This document shows positions 1 to 8,764 of a stretch of 34,203 bases of DNA, piece after piece. Source of the DNA: Chloroflexia bacterium. GTDB taxonomy: Bacteria > Chloroflexota > Chloroflexia > QHBQ01 > JADMIH01. The stretch lies in the NCBI GenBank assembly GCA_034667185.1, contig JAXDKH010000262.1, positions 1 through 34,203 on the forward strand, written 5' to 3'. Both the position numbers and the translations under genes were made by a program. Below the pieces are notes generated by a model. That model had not been told where the DNA came from. It saw only the letters and a list, made by a program, of their open reading frames with translations, and did no database searches. Positions within the stretch are counted from its first letter, which is position 1. The number at the start of each line of letters is the position of its first letter.

Positions 1-1414
1 GGAAGGTACCGATGCTGGTGCGTCGCGGGTCGTTGCGAACAGTCCACCCAGGCAGCCCGTCCTTTAGCTTGGGCGTCCCTTCCTCTTCCACGTTCACCTT
101 CATCGTGCGGAACTTGACCAGTTGGAACGCCTTGCCGTCGAGGCCCACACGCTCCTGTATGAAGAATACCGGGCCGGGGCTGGTCACCTTGATAGCCAGC
201 GCGAGCACCAGCATCAGGGGAGCGGTGAGCACAAGCACAATCAGACTGAACACGATGTCGAAGGCCCGCTTCACTCGGCGATTCCAGCCCCGCAGCGCCA
301 CGTCCTTGACGCTCAACAGCGGCAGACCGCTCAACTCGCCCACGCTCACTTCGTTCTGGGTCATGAGCTGGAAGGCGTCGGGATATATCTTCACCGACAC
401 CGTTTCGTCCTCTAACAGTCCCAGGACGTCGCGCAGCTGCTTGTCGGAAGCCCCGCTGAGAGCCAGTATCACCTCTTCCACGTTGTGCTTGCGGACGAGC
501 ACCGGCAGGCTCCGTAGATTGCCTAAGATGGGCGCTCGCAGCTTCTGTTCGTTGCGGGCCGTCTCAGCCGGGTCCACGTCCACCATACCGACGACTGTGT
601 AGCCCAATGTGCTGTGGTAGCGCAGTCGCTCCTCAACCATTTGGGCAGTAGGCCCCGTGCCGACGATGAGCACCCGCGCCCTGTCGAACCCACGCCGCCG
701 CAACGTGCCCAGTCCGGCACTGTACGCCAGTCTTGTCACGGTCACGAACAGCACGGCCAATACCCAACCTGTTAGCAGCACCTGGCGCGAGTAATTGAAC
801 TCCTCACCCAGGAAGAGGGAGCTTAGGGCCAGCGCACCGAGCGTGCCCATCGACACCGCCAGAGCGATCTTGTAGAACTCGTCTACCCGCGACGCCCCAC
901 GTTTCAGTTTGTACAGCTTGCTCAGGTAGAAACTGACGATGATGCTGGCGATGGTTGCCCCGAGCATAGTCAGGTACACCGGGCTGTTGCTGGGAGCGAG
1001 TTGCTGCCCCTCCTGCGACGACTTGATGGCGTATGCCGCGGTGAAAGCCCCTCCAACCGCCATAATGTCCAGCAGCATCTCCGCGAGCACCAGCACCACC
1101 GGCGTCAGCTTGGCCGGCTGCCGGGGTAAAGGCGGCAACGACGGTATCTGTACCGGCTCTTCAGGGCTGACCCTCCCCTGTCGCACGTCACGCTGGGCGC
1201 GCGCTACCTGTTCGGCTTCCGCAGGCGAGAGGGGTACGGGCACTGCCGAAGGGGCGGGTGCGGTCTCAAGCACTTCAGCAGGCGCGCCACCAGCCGTCTG
1301 CGTGGCCTTCGACGCGCGTGCAGGCTCGGCCACCGGCGAGTGGCTGGCAGCCATCAGCTGTGGTCTGTTTGGGCCGTGGTTGCGCCCGTTTGCGTGTCCG
1401 TTGGATGGTCTCAT
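1..1414 (-). CDS. Polyprenyl glycosylphosphotransferase (bacterial sugar transferase, WbaP/EpsB-like); C-terminus runs off the window
   Basis: Absent from the ORF track because there is no stop in the window. My minus-strand translation from ATG 1414 gives MRPSNGHANG..., then TM segments and a Rossmann-like segment RVLIVGTGPTAQMVEERL. It ends with the Bac_transf signature RAFDIVFSLIVLVLTAPLMLVLALAIKVTSPGPVFFIQERVGLDGKAFQLVKFRTM. It lies directly downstream of the GT2 gene on the same strand. Confidence 0.85.
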   Translation of the reverse strand, partial: MRPSNGHANGRNHGPNRPQLMAASHSPVAEPARASKATQTAGGAPAEVLETAPAPSAVPVPLSPAEAEQVARAQRDVRQGRVSPEEPVQIPSLPPLPRQPAKLTPVVLVLAEMLLDIMAVGGAFTAAYAIKSSQEGQQLAPSNSPVYLTMLGATIASIIVSFYLSKLYKLKRGASRVDEFYKIALAVSMGTLGALALSSLFLGEEFNYSRQVLLTGWVLAVLFVTVTRLAYSAGLGTLRRRGFDRARVLIVGTGPTAQMVEERLRYHSTLGYTVVGMVDVDPAETARNEQKLRAPILGNLRSLPVLVRKHNVEEVILALSGASDKQLRDVLGLLEDETVSVKIYPDAFQLMTQNEVSVGELSGLPLLSVKDVALRGWNRRVKRAFDIVFSLIVLVLTAPLMLVLALAIKVTSPGPVFFIQERVGLDGKAFQLVKFRTMKVNVEEEGTPKLKDGLPGWTVRNDPRRTSIGTF

Positions 1415-1484
1415 CGAGAATTCATGCAGTTCAGCCAGTGATTTTTGACAAGTCAGTTGGCTTATTAACTAATGTATACGCGTG

Positions 1485-2492
1485 CTAAGTCACCCTTTTA
1501 CGCTCGGTTGGCCTCAATGCGTTTTGTAGCAGGGCGATTGTGCCCCTCAAAGCTATCCCAAACGTGATTACAGCATTTATTATTCCAGGTCTGCTCTCGG
1601 CGTAATGCTTCCGGTAGAAGATGTGCATAGCCCGGTAGAACTCGCGGATCGAACGGCCGCTCTGCTTGCGGCTGCTTGCACCCTTGTGGTGTAGCACGTG
1701 CACGGCGGGGTAATAAAACACCTGCCACCCTCGCTCCTTGATCCTGAACGCCAGGTCGAGGTCCTCCCCGTACATGAAGAACCTTTCGTCGAACAGCCCC
1801 GCCTGCTCCAGGACGCGCCCTCGTACCAGCATGTACGCGCCCATCACTGAGTCCACCTCGGCCGTCTCGTCCTCGCCCAAGAAGGTGAGGTTATAGCGCG
1901 ACACCAGCTTGCTTTGGGGGAAGACCTTGCTCAGCCCTGCCAGCTTGAAAAATGAGGACGCAGGCGTGGGAAACGAACGGCGGCAGGCCAGGTCCAGCGT
2001 CCCATCCAGCTTGATCACCTTCGGCCCAACCACGCCCACCTGCGGCCGCTCCTCCAGGAATCTCACGGTCTCTTCAAACGCATCTCTTGGCACCACCGTA
2101 TCGGGGTTGAGGAACAACACGTACTCGCAAGGGAAGCGCAACTGAGAATCGCCCTTTGAAGGCACCTCCGAGCGCGGTTGCGACGTATCCCCAGGTCCGG
2201 CAAGTTGTAGCACTTGGCCGTTGCTACCGGAGTCCGGTAGCGCCTCCAGCCCCGACAGCCAGCGTAAAGCCAGGTTGTTGGCATAGCCAAACCCGCCGTT
2301 GCGGTCGCTGGAAATAAGGGTCGCCTGCGGGTACCTCATGCCAACCAGTTCGAGGCTGCCGTCAGAGGAGCGATTGTCTACGACGAGGACGTGAAAGGGG
2401 AAGGACGTTTGGCTGGCGAACACCGACTCAAGGCAGGTATCCAGCAGATCGCGGGTATTATAGTTGACAATAACAACAGCCAGATTTGGCAT
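1485..2492 (-). CDS. Family 2 glycosyltransferase (GT-A fold, rhamnosyltransferase-like)
   Basis: 335-aa ORF. The N-terminus VVIVNYNTRDLLDTCLESV...VVDNRSSDGS and the later YGEDLDLAFRIKERGW are typical GT2 motifs. It is in an operon position with the sugar transferase. Confidence 0.9.
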   Translation of the reverse strand: MPNLAVVIVNYNTRDLLDTCLESVFASQTSFPFHVLVVDNRSSDGSLELVGMRYPQATLISSDRNGGFGYANNLALRWLSGLEALPDSGSNGQVLQLAGPGDTSQPRSEVPSKGDSQLRFPCEYVLFLNPDTVVPRDAFEETVRFLEERPQVGVVGPKVIKLDGTLDLACRRSFPTPASSFFKLAGLSKVFPQSKLVSRYNLTFLGEDETAEVDSVMGAYMLVRGRVLEQAGLFDERFFMYGEDLDLAFRIKERGWQVFYYPAVHVLHHKGASSRKQSGRSIREFYRAMHIFYRKHYAESRPGIINAVITFGIALRGTIALLQNALRPTERKRVT

Positions 2493-2498
2493 GGCAGT

Positions 2499-2507
2499 AT
2501 TATACCA
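2499..2507 (-). promoter_or_regulatory. Extended -10 (TGgTATAAT) placed 6 nt before the GT2 ATG; leaderless-type geometry
   Basis: The minus strand reads ctagtcTGgTATAATactgccATG. There is no Shine-Dalgarno between the box and the ATG at 2492. Confidence 0.45.
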
Positions 2508-2664
2508 GACTAGCGCAAGGCTCCTTTGAGCGTGGGCGTTGGGGAAAAACCCTCACGAACCTAAAACGTAGAGACCCTGTGGGAGTTGCACGGTATGGAG
2601 GAGAAGGTCACGACCGGTGTGACTGCGCTGTCACGGTATGTAGGGACATCTGAGATGTGCCCTG

Positions 2665-2737
2665 TGCGCCCGGAGGGATTCGAACCCCCGGCCAAGGACT
2701 TAGAAGGTCCCTGCTCTATCCCCTGAGCTACGGGCGC
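2665..2737 (-). tRNA. tRNA-Arg (anticodon TCT, reads AGA)
   Basis: The reverse complement is GCGCCCGTAGCTCAGGGGATAGAGCAGGGACCTTCTAAGTCCTTGGCCGGGGGTTCGAATCCCTCCGGGCGCA. It folds as a cloverleaf with a 7-bp acceptor stem, GCTC/GAGC D stem, GGGAC/GTCCT anticodon stem, loop CTTCTAA, and T arm GGGGG-TTCGAAT-CCCTC. CCA is not encoded. Confidence 0.93.
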
Positions 2738-2754
2738 GAAGTGTACCACCTGTT

Positions 2755-2784
2755 ATAATAAGATATCACTCGCACGAGTGTCAA
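2755..2784 (-). promoter_or_regulatory. Sigma70-type promoter for tRNA-Arg (TTGACA - 18 nt - TATTAT)
   Basis: The minus strand reads TTGACActcgtgcgagtgatatctTATTAT. The tRNA 5' end lies about 17 nt downstream. Confidence 0.5.
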
Positions 2785-2802
2785 TATGGAGGCACATGCC
2801 AG

Positions 2803-3801
2803 GTGACGCCCATCCACGTAGCCCAGCGTTCCCTAGACGACCCGCACGAGCTAACCCTGCGGCCCTTCAAGCATGCCGAGGCCGATTATGAGGCCCTGGC
2901 TGCCATACGTAACGCTACCCTCCAGGCGACTACCCTGCCCGAAGACTACCGCCCCGTGTCCGCCGAAGAGATGCGGCAATACTACTACCGCGCCGACTTC
3001 GACCTGGCATCCAACGCCTGGCTCATGCTCCACCGGGGCGAGCCTGTAGTCGCGGCGGTGGTCTACCCCACCGTCATCTTCACCGACAGGCTGCCCGGCA
3101 ACTTCGACATGTACGTCGTGCCCTCCTACTGGCGGCACGGCCTCGGCTCCCGCCTCCTCGCTCACCTGGAGCAGGCCGCTCTCCAACGCGGCCACCGAGT
3201 GCTCGAAACCACCGTCGCCGCAGAAGATGAGCAGTCGAAAGGCTTCCTCTCCCGCAAGGGCTTCCAGGTCGTCAGCCACGCCCTGCACCTGGTTCGCCCC
3301 AACACCGGCGATTCGCCCCAGGTACAATTGCCGGAAGGCTACTCCATCCGTTCGTTAGCCGACCTCCACGAGTCCCCTGAGCTTTACATGGAGACCTCCA
3401 ACCGCCTCGGCTCCTACGACCCAAATTACACCCTCGTCCGCCCCGAAGAACTGGAACGCACTGCCATGTCGCCCACCTGGGACCCCGCCGGAATACTCTT
3501 TCTGCTAGACCCTCACGAGCGCATAGTGGGCGTCATACGGGCTAGCGGCGCAGGCTCTGACAACCGCCGCGGCTACCTCCACGAAATCCGGTTGGAACCA
3601 TCTTCCAGGGGCAAAGGCCTCGGCACCGCAATGGTAGCCACCGCCCTGAGCTACCTGGCCGAGCGAGGCGTCACACGCGTCGAACTGGACACTGCGGGCG
3701 AGAACACCGCGGCCCAGGCCCTCGCCCTCCGTTCCGGCTTCGTCTTAGCACGACACTGGCTGCACTTCTTGAAGCCGTTAGGGCCTGGGAACGGCGGTTG
3801 A
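2803..3801 (+). CDS. Tandem-GNAT N-acetyltransferase (two acetyltransferase domains)
   Basis: 332 aa with a GTG start. There are two GNAT acetyl-CoA motif regions: YVVPSYWRHGLGSRLLAHLEQAA and IRLEPSSRGKGLGTAMVATALSYLAERG. GGAGG lies 10 nt upstream. Confidence 0.85.
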   Translation: MTPIHVAQRSLDDPHELTLRPFKHAEADYEALAAIRNATLQATTLPEDYRPVSAEEMRQYYYRADFDLASNAWLMLHRGEPVVAAVVYPTVIFTDRLPGNFDMYVVPSYWRHGLGSRLLAHLEQAALQRGHRVLETTVAAEDEQSKGFLSRKGFQVVSHALHLVRPNTGDSPQVQLPEGYSIRSLADLHESPELYMETSNRLGSYDPNYTLVRPEELERTAMSPTWDPAGILFLLDPHERIVGVIRASGAGSDNRRGYLHEIRLEPSSRGKGLGTAMVATALSYLAERGVTRVELDTAGENTAAQALALRSGFVLARHWLHFLKPLGPGNGG

Positions 3802-3900
3802 GGGTGGTAGACATTCGCGGCACTTTGCAGTAAGATTACGACACCTCGGCGCGACTCGCTCTCATGCAAGTCTCTATGCACGGGGCGGTGGACGAGACGC

Positions 3901-4701
3901 ATGCGGAATGGCTTGATAGTCGAGTTTCGCTGGCTCTACGTGGTCAACCTGTTGATCGCGGTAACGTTTGGCGTGCTCCTCTTCGTCCTCCCCGGCGCGG
4001 TTGACATCTATGGTCCGTGGGTAATCCCCAACGCCCACTCGGCTTACCTGGTCGGTGCCGCTTACGTGGGTGCCCCTATCTACTACGCCGCGGCCCTCCG
4101 TCGCAACAGTTGGCCCATCGCGCGCAACGGAGTGGGAGGGCTGATCTTCTTTTCGCTGGCCCTCCTCGTCGCCACTATGTTCCACTGGGACCGCTTCCGC
4201 CCCTACGTTCCCACCACTCTCCTCTGGCTCGTGCTCTACTACTTGCCGCCCGTTGGCTACCCCATCCTGTCCCGAGTGCAGATGGCCCGCAACGGCAATG
4301 ACCGCGCCCCCGGAGTGGACATCTCCACCCCCTGGCGCTACTGGCTCATCGCACGTGGGGGGCTATATGCCGCCCTGGCCGTCCTGGGCCTGCTCTTTGC
4401 ACCTTCCATAGTCCCCGACTGGCCGTGGCCCATCACCCCGTTAGAAGTCCGTGTCTTCATGGGCCAGCTTGCTATCAACGCCTGGGGCGGCGCTATCGTG
4501 TTACTCGGGGACTTGCGCTGGCAGCATAACCGCCTCGGCCTGGCCTTGACTGGCACTGTGGGCGCGGCGCAACTCCTGGGCCTGCTCCTCGGGGGCGGCC
4601 CCTACAACTGGTCATCGCCCCTCGGCATCTTGCTGCCGCTGATGTTCCTCGAATGGGTGGCAACTACCGTGCTTATGTTCTCCGTCTACCGCAACCGCTG
4701 A
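3901..4701 (+). CDS. Polytopic integral membrane protein, unknown function
   Basis: 266 aa with about 8 hydrophobic helices and coding-like composition. No recognisable catalytic motif. Confidence 0.7.
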   Translation: MRNGLIVEFRWLYVVNLLIAVTFGVLLFVLPGAVDIYGPWVIPNAHSAYLVGAAYVGAPIYYAAALRRNSWPIARNGVGGLIFFSLALLVATMFHWDRFRPYVPTTLLWLVLYYLPPVGYPILSRVQMARNGNDRAPGVDISTPWRYWLIARGGLYAALAVLGLLFAPSIVPDWPWPITPLEVRVFMGQLAINAWGGAIVLLGDLRWQHNRLGLALTGTVGAAQLLGLLLGGGPYNWSSPLGILLPLMFLEWVATTVLMFSVYRNR

Positions 4702-4711
4702 GGGTCATATA

Positions 4712-5167
4712 ATGTCGCAAGCGGTATATTCCAGGGTCATACAATTCGGTGCTCTATTGATAGGTGCGGTCTATCTGGTGCTCGGCCTGGCAGGCTTCAT
4801 TCCCTCCGACGCCATCAACCCGCTACACCACGAGCACATAGAGACCCCTTATTTGCTGAACCTTGTCGCCATCAATGCTCTCCACAACGTGATCCACTTA
4901 GCAATCGGAGTCACAGGACTGCTCGCAAGCAGACGCCTTGCCTGGGCGCGGCAGTGGGGCGTAATCACCGGCGTGGTGCTGTTGTTGCTTTTCCTCGCGG
5001 GCATGGTGCAGGCCGCCCTAGAAGGCTTGCCACCCGACCAGTTGTTCCTCGGCGTGCTGCCGTTGAACTCACCCGGCCACATCCTGCACCTCGTGACCGG
5101 CGCGCTCGCCCTTTACCTGGGCCTGGTACGGCTACCTACACCTGACGGTGCAGGGGATACTTCCTGA
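4712..5167 (+). CDS. Small 4-TM membrane protein, DUF4383-like
   Basis: 151 aa. The pattern LGLAGFIP...NALHNVIHLAIGVTGL...HILHLVTGALALYLG resembles DUF4383 proteins, from memory and not searched. GAGGG lies 7 nt upstream, and the gene starts 10 nt after the previous gene. Confidence 0.7.
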   Translation: MSQAVYSRVIQFGALLIGAVYLVLGLAGFIPSDAINPLHHEHIETPYLLNLVAINALHNVIHLAIGVTGLLASRRLAWARQWGVITGVVLLLLFLAGMVQAALEGLPPDQLFLGVLPLNSPGHILHLVTGALALYLGLVRLPTPDGAGDTS

Positions 5168-5230
5168 CGCGTTGGGGCCCCCTAATTTTGCCTCACATCT
5201 CTTATACTCTCTCGAAGAGCATTAGAAGCT

Positions 5231-5445
5231 ATCTCAAAAATGAAAACGTTGAATGTGAGCACATATCAGGTATTGTCATTTCGAACGTAGTGAGAAATCT
5301 CGTCCCTCACCAAGATGGAACTCTTTTCTCACGAGGGTCCGTGTCATAAGCAAAATGCTATGATGTGCTGAGGGACGAGATTTCTCACTCCGTTCGAAAT
5401 GACAAGGTAGGGGCTTGGGTCTTTATGTCCTGCCATTTTTGAGAT
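5231..5445. repeat. Nested palindromic intergenic element (MITE/REP-like), family 2
   Basis: The outer arms are atctcaaaaatg (5231-5242) and catttttgagat (5434-5445). The inner 37-nt arms are ttgtcatttcgaacgtagtgagaaatctcgtccctca (5273-5309) and tgagggacgagatttctcactccgttcgaaatgacaa (5369-5405), complementary except for one base pair of the central dinucleotide (ta vs ga). A related solo copy lies at 33121-33183. Confidence 0.8.
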
Positions 5446-5492
5446 GACTTGTACTATGCGTAAGCAACCGCACTATAAAGAGGGCCTTTGAC

Positions 5493-6650
5493 CTGGACAC
5501 TTATTCCGCTGACGTCATAGTTTCGGGCGCGGGCCCTGCCGGTTCCACGGTAGCTTACCAGTTGGCACGCCGGGGCGTGAGCGTGCTCGTGCTAGAAAAA
5601 GAGCGCCTGCCACGTTACAAGACCTGCGGTGGCGGCATCACCGTAAAGTGCGCCCGCTTGCTCGACTTCGACATCAGCCCTGTCATCGAACGCACCATCA
5701 TGGGCGTCAGCGTCACCAACCGCCTGGCCCCCGGCGTCACCTGGCGCAGCGATGAGCCACTCTGCTACATGGTCATGCGCGACCGCTTCGACTACTTATT
5801 AGCGCAAAAGGCCCAGGAGGCAGGCGCTCGCATCCTGGAGGGCAGCCCGGCCAAGACCGTTGCGGTGAGCGACGAGGGCGTAGTAGTTACCACGCGGGAC
5901 GGATGCCAGTTCCACGGCAAGGTAATAGTGGGGGCAGATGGGGCCAACGGTGTGGTTGCTCGCGGCCTGGGGCTGGGGCATGAAGGCACCATAGGTATTG
6001 GGCTGGAGAGCGAGGTTCGGGTCGCGCCTGGCGACCTCGACACGTGGCGCGACCTGCTCCTGCTCGATATGGCCCTGCTCAAGCACGGTTACGGCTGGAT
6101 ATTCCCCAAGGCCGATCACCTCTCCATCGGGGTAGGCGGCCCGTCCGATCAAGCTCCACTGGTGAAGCAATACTCCGCGCGGTTTACCGGTTATTGCCGG
6201 TCTATCCTCGCTGAATATGAAGTGGTGCACACCCAGGGGCACAGGCTGCCGGTCCGCCCCGCCGGTCTCCCCATCCACGCGCAACGCGGCGTGCTGGTTG
6301 GCGATGCGGCAGGCATGGTCAACCCACTGGATGGCGAGGGCATATACTACGCTATCAGTAGCGGGCAGATAGCCGCTGCTGCTATACTTGAAGTCATGTC
6401 GGGCAGCGCGCCCCTCGACTTCAGCAACTACCAGCGAGGCATCGACGCCCATATTGCGGTCGAGTTGTACCGGGCGGCGCAGTTGGTCAAGATTTATGGC
6501 TACGCACCCCGGCTCTTCGCCTGGCTGCTGGCCCACAACTCCCGGCTGCGCTCGGCCATTTTCGCCCTGGTGCGGGGGGAGATGCATTACAGCGACATTC
6601 CCGCAAGGCTGGGGCCGATCGGTTGGCTTTTGGAGCGCGCTCCCACGTAA
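5493..6650 (+). CDS. Geranylgeranyl reductase family FAD-dependent oxidoreductase (start uncertain; tracked ORF starts at TTG 5562)
   Basis: The motifs VIVGADGANGVVAR and GDAAGMVNPLDGEGIYYAI fit the GGR/FixC-type flavoproteins. In-frame codons upstream of 5562 (frame open from 5448) encode YSADVIVSGAGPAGSTVAYQ, which is the GxGxxG FAD-binding motif. The only plausible initiator is CTG 5493, preceded by AAGAGGG at 5478-5484. Confidence 0.8.
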   Translation: MDTYSADVIVSGAGPAGSTVAYQLARRGVSVLVLEKERLPRYKTCGGGITVKCARLLDFDISPVIERTIMGVSVTNRLAPGVTWRSDEPLCYMVMRDRFDYLLAQKAQEAGARILEGSPAKTVAVSDEGVVVTTRDGCQFHGKVIVGADGANGVVARGLGLGHEGTIGIGLESEVRVAPGDLDTWRDLLLLDMALLKHGYGWIFPKADHLSIGVGGPSDQAPLVKQYSARFTGYCRSILAEYEVVHTQGHRLPVRPAGLPIHAQRGVLVGDAAGMVNPLDGEGIYYAISSGQIAAAAILEVMSGSAPLDFSNYQRGIDAHIAVELYRAAQLVKIYGYAPRLFAWLLAHNSRLRSAIFALVRGEMHYSDIPARLGPIGWLLERAPT

Positions 6651-6676
6651 TTTTCCAACCTGTACAGGAGCACCGC

Positions 6677-8764
6677 ATGACCTCCCGGATTGAAGAGACC
6701 ACCACGCTAGACAACCTCATGTCGAGGCTCAAGGTGCTTGGCATTGACGACCCCGCAGCCGAGGAGGCTTTCCGCGTCGCCCTGGAAGAAGCCAATACCG
6801 AGTCTCTGCTCGACTGGGCCAGGCAGCGCGGCGCGTACCATTCGGAGCAAGCGCACGAACTCCAGGAGGTAATAGCAGAAGCTACCGGCGTAGCCCAGGC
6901 CCTCACTGAGCTACAACAGGGCGAGAACTTGCTGGTGCCCATCGTGAGCGCCGCCACCGAAGGCTACCTGGAAGCGCAAGGCCGCCTCACCGAAAGCCTT
7001 CCCGAACGCGAGCTGCGCGATCGTGTGGCCGAGCTTACCGCCCTCCACCGCATCAACAGCGCCGCCAACTCGTCCCTCAATTTGGGCGACATGCTCCACG
7101 AGACAGTGCAGGCCGTCGTCGCCGTCACCCACGCTGACATCTGCTCCATCTACCTCTACGAGGCCGAGTGGGACCAGCTCGTCCTCACCGCCACCAGCGG
7201 TTTGAGCCGGGAAGCCGTCGGCAGGGTGCGTCTGCGCCTGGGTGAGGGCATCGCGGGCTGGGCGGCCATGGCGGGCAAGCCGATTGCGGTGCGCAACTCC
7301 TGGGACCACCCCCGATTCAAGTACGTGCCCTTCCTCGGTGAGGAGAAGGCGGTCTCCACGCTGGTCGTGCCCGTGGTGCTTTTCACAAAGGAGAAACTGG
7401 TCGGTGTGATCGTGATCAACACCTATGAGGAGCGCAACTTCACCGACAACGAAATCAAGTTCCTCGAAACTGTGGCGGGCGAGATAGCCATCGCCATAGA
7501 AAACGCCCGCCTCTACGAACAGACCGACGCCAAGCTGCGCCAGAAGGTAGCCGAGCTTTCCACGCTACAGGGTGTGTCGGCGCACATCGCGGCGACCCTC
7601 AATCTGTCCGAGGTGCTCACCCTCATCGCCTACCAGGCGGCCCACCTGGTGCTCGCCGATGCCGCCACCATCTACGAGGTCCACCCCGGCACCGATACGC
7701 TCAACCTGGTCGCCCAATACGACTTGCAGGACCCCAAGCACAGCATTCACCAGGCCAAGGTCGTCCCCGCGCTGGCGCTGAACATGCACAACAGCGGCCT
7801 AGCCAAGGCTATCATGACCGGCATACCCGCCCAGCTACCTCCCGACACTGACGCTGACCAGGGGGTGCCTTTCGCCCACGGCGACTACCAATCGATGTTC
7901 TGCGTGCCCCTCGTGGCCCCCCGTGGCATCATGGGCGGCATCTGCCTCTACAATCTCACCTCCAAGGTGTTCACCGAGGACGAGGTGCGCCTGCTCGACG
8001 CCTTCGCCCACGAAGCCGCGATTGCCCTGGAGAACTCTCGCCTCTACGACGCCGCCCTGCGTGGCCTCAAGACCAAGTCCACCATGCTCCAGGAGATGAA
8101 CCACCGGGTGCGCAACAACCTGCAAACGGTGGCGGGCCTCCTCTCCATGCAGTTGCGCCGTATGGCCCCACAGGGCGAGGCCGCGGTTGCCGTCCGCGAG
8201 AGCATATCCCGCATCCAGAGTATGGCCGCCGTGCACGACCTTATGGTCAGCGGCGACACCGACGTGCAGTCCATCACCATATATGAAGTGGCCCGCAAGG
8301 TGATCGAAGCCGCGACCTCTACGCTGGTAAGCCCCCGCTTCAAGCTCGATCTCCAGATCGACCCGGTTGAGGCGGACGCCATCCGCGTAGGCTCTCACGA
8401 AGCCACCCTCCTGGCTCTGCTGTTCAACGAACTGGCCTCAAACGCCATCCTCCACGGCTTCGCGGGCAGGGAGCAGGGCAAGCTTACCATGCGCGCCTGG
8501 ACGAGTACCGGCCTCAAAGACCCCGCGCCAGGGGAGGGCACGAACATAACTCCGCGCACCTGTGAGGTGACAATCGAGGTGGCGAACGACGGCACCGGCC
8601 TGCCGGAGGGCTTCGACCCTGAGAAGAGCGCGAACCTGGGCCTCAACATAGTGCGCACGCTGGTGAACAGCGACCTGAGAGGCAAGTTCAAGATCGCACC
8701 CGGCGAGGACGGCAACGGCGTAGTGGCGACGATTACCTTTACACCCACGCAGCAGGCTATTTAG
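6677..8764 (+). CDS. Cytoplasmic sensor histidine kinase, GAF-GAF-HisKA_2-HATPase_c
   Basis: There are two GAF-like blocks (ICSIYLYEAEWDQLVLTA...GIAGWAA... and ATIYEVHPGTD...). The H-box EMNHRVRNNLQTVAGLLSMQLR is of the HisKA_2 type. The ATPase N and G boxes are NELASNAILHGF and NLGLNIVRTLV. No TM segment is present. I prefer ATG 6677, with AGGAG 6 nt upstream, over the tracked 6623, which overlaps the previous gene. Confidence 0.88.
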   Translation: MTSRIEETTTLDNLMSRLKVLGIDDPAAEEAFRVALEEANTESLLDWARQRGAYHSEQAHELQEVIAEATGVAQALTELQQGENLLVPIVSAATEGYLEAQGRLTESLPERELRDRVAELTALHRINSAANSSLNLGDMLHETVQAVVAVTHADICSIYLYEAEWDQLVLTATSGLSREAVGRVRLRLGEGIAGWAAMAGKPIAVRNSWDHPRFKYVPFLGEEKAVSTLVVPVVLFTKEKLVGVIVINTYEERNFTDNEIKFLETVAGEIAIAIENARLYEQTDAKLRQKVAELSTLQGVSAHIAATLNLSEVLTLIAYQAAHLVLADAATIYEVHPGTDTLNLVAQYDLQDPKHSIHQAKVVPALALNMHNSGLAKAIMTGIPAQLPPDTDADQGVPFAHGDYQSMFCVPLVAPRGIMGGICLYNLTSKVFTEDEVRLLDAFAHEAAIALENSRLYDAALRGLKTKSTMLQEMNHRVRNNLQTVAGLLSMQLRRMAPQGEAAVAVRESISRIQSMAAVHDLMVSGDTDVQSITIYEVARKVIEAATSTLVSPRFKLDLQIDPVEADAIRVGSHEATLLALLFNELASNAILHGFAGREQGKLTMRAWTSTGLKDPAPGEGTNITPRTCEVTIEVANDGTGLPEGFDPEKSANLGLNIVRTLVNSDLRGKFKIAPGEDGNGVVATITFTPTQQAI

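Noticed and set aside
12-1448. Plus-strand ORFs 12..602, 122..415 and 939..1448
   Set aside because: Their translations are low-complexity and rich in Ser, Thr, Arg and Ala. The minus strand encodes an unmistakable Bac_transf sugar transferase across the same span, so these are antisense shadow ORFs typical of high-GC DNA.
2665-2737. tRNA-Arg as the integration site for the foreign block
   Set aside because: The tRNA is about 24 kb from the low-GC block and is flanked by normal-composition genes. There is no integrase and no duplicated tRNA 3' end.
5799-6587. 262-aa minus-strand ORF inside the reductase gene
   Set aside because: It is antisense to a gene with clear FAD-oxidoreductase motifs, and it has no motifs of its own.
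6623-6676. Longer N-terminal extensions offered by the ORF track (6623 kinase, 17632 permease, 18318 ATPase, 23096 SLH, 13351 small protein, 14761 NlpC/P60, 21069, 33142)
   Set aside because: In each case an internal start has a clear GGAGG-type SD, an ATGA stop/start overlap or a proper signal peptide. The extension overlaps the upstream gene, a repeat or a promoter.
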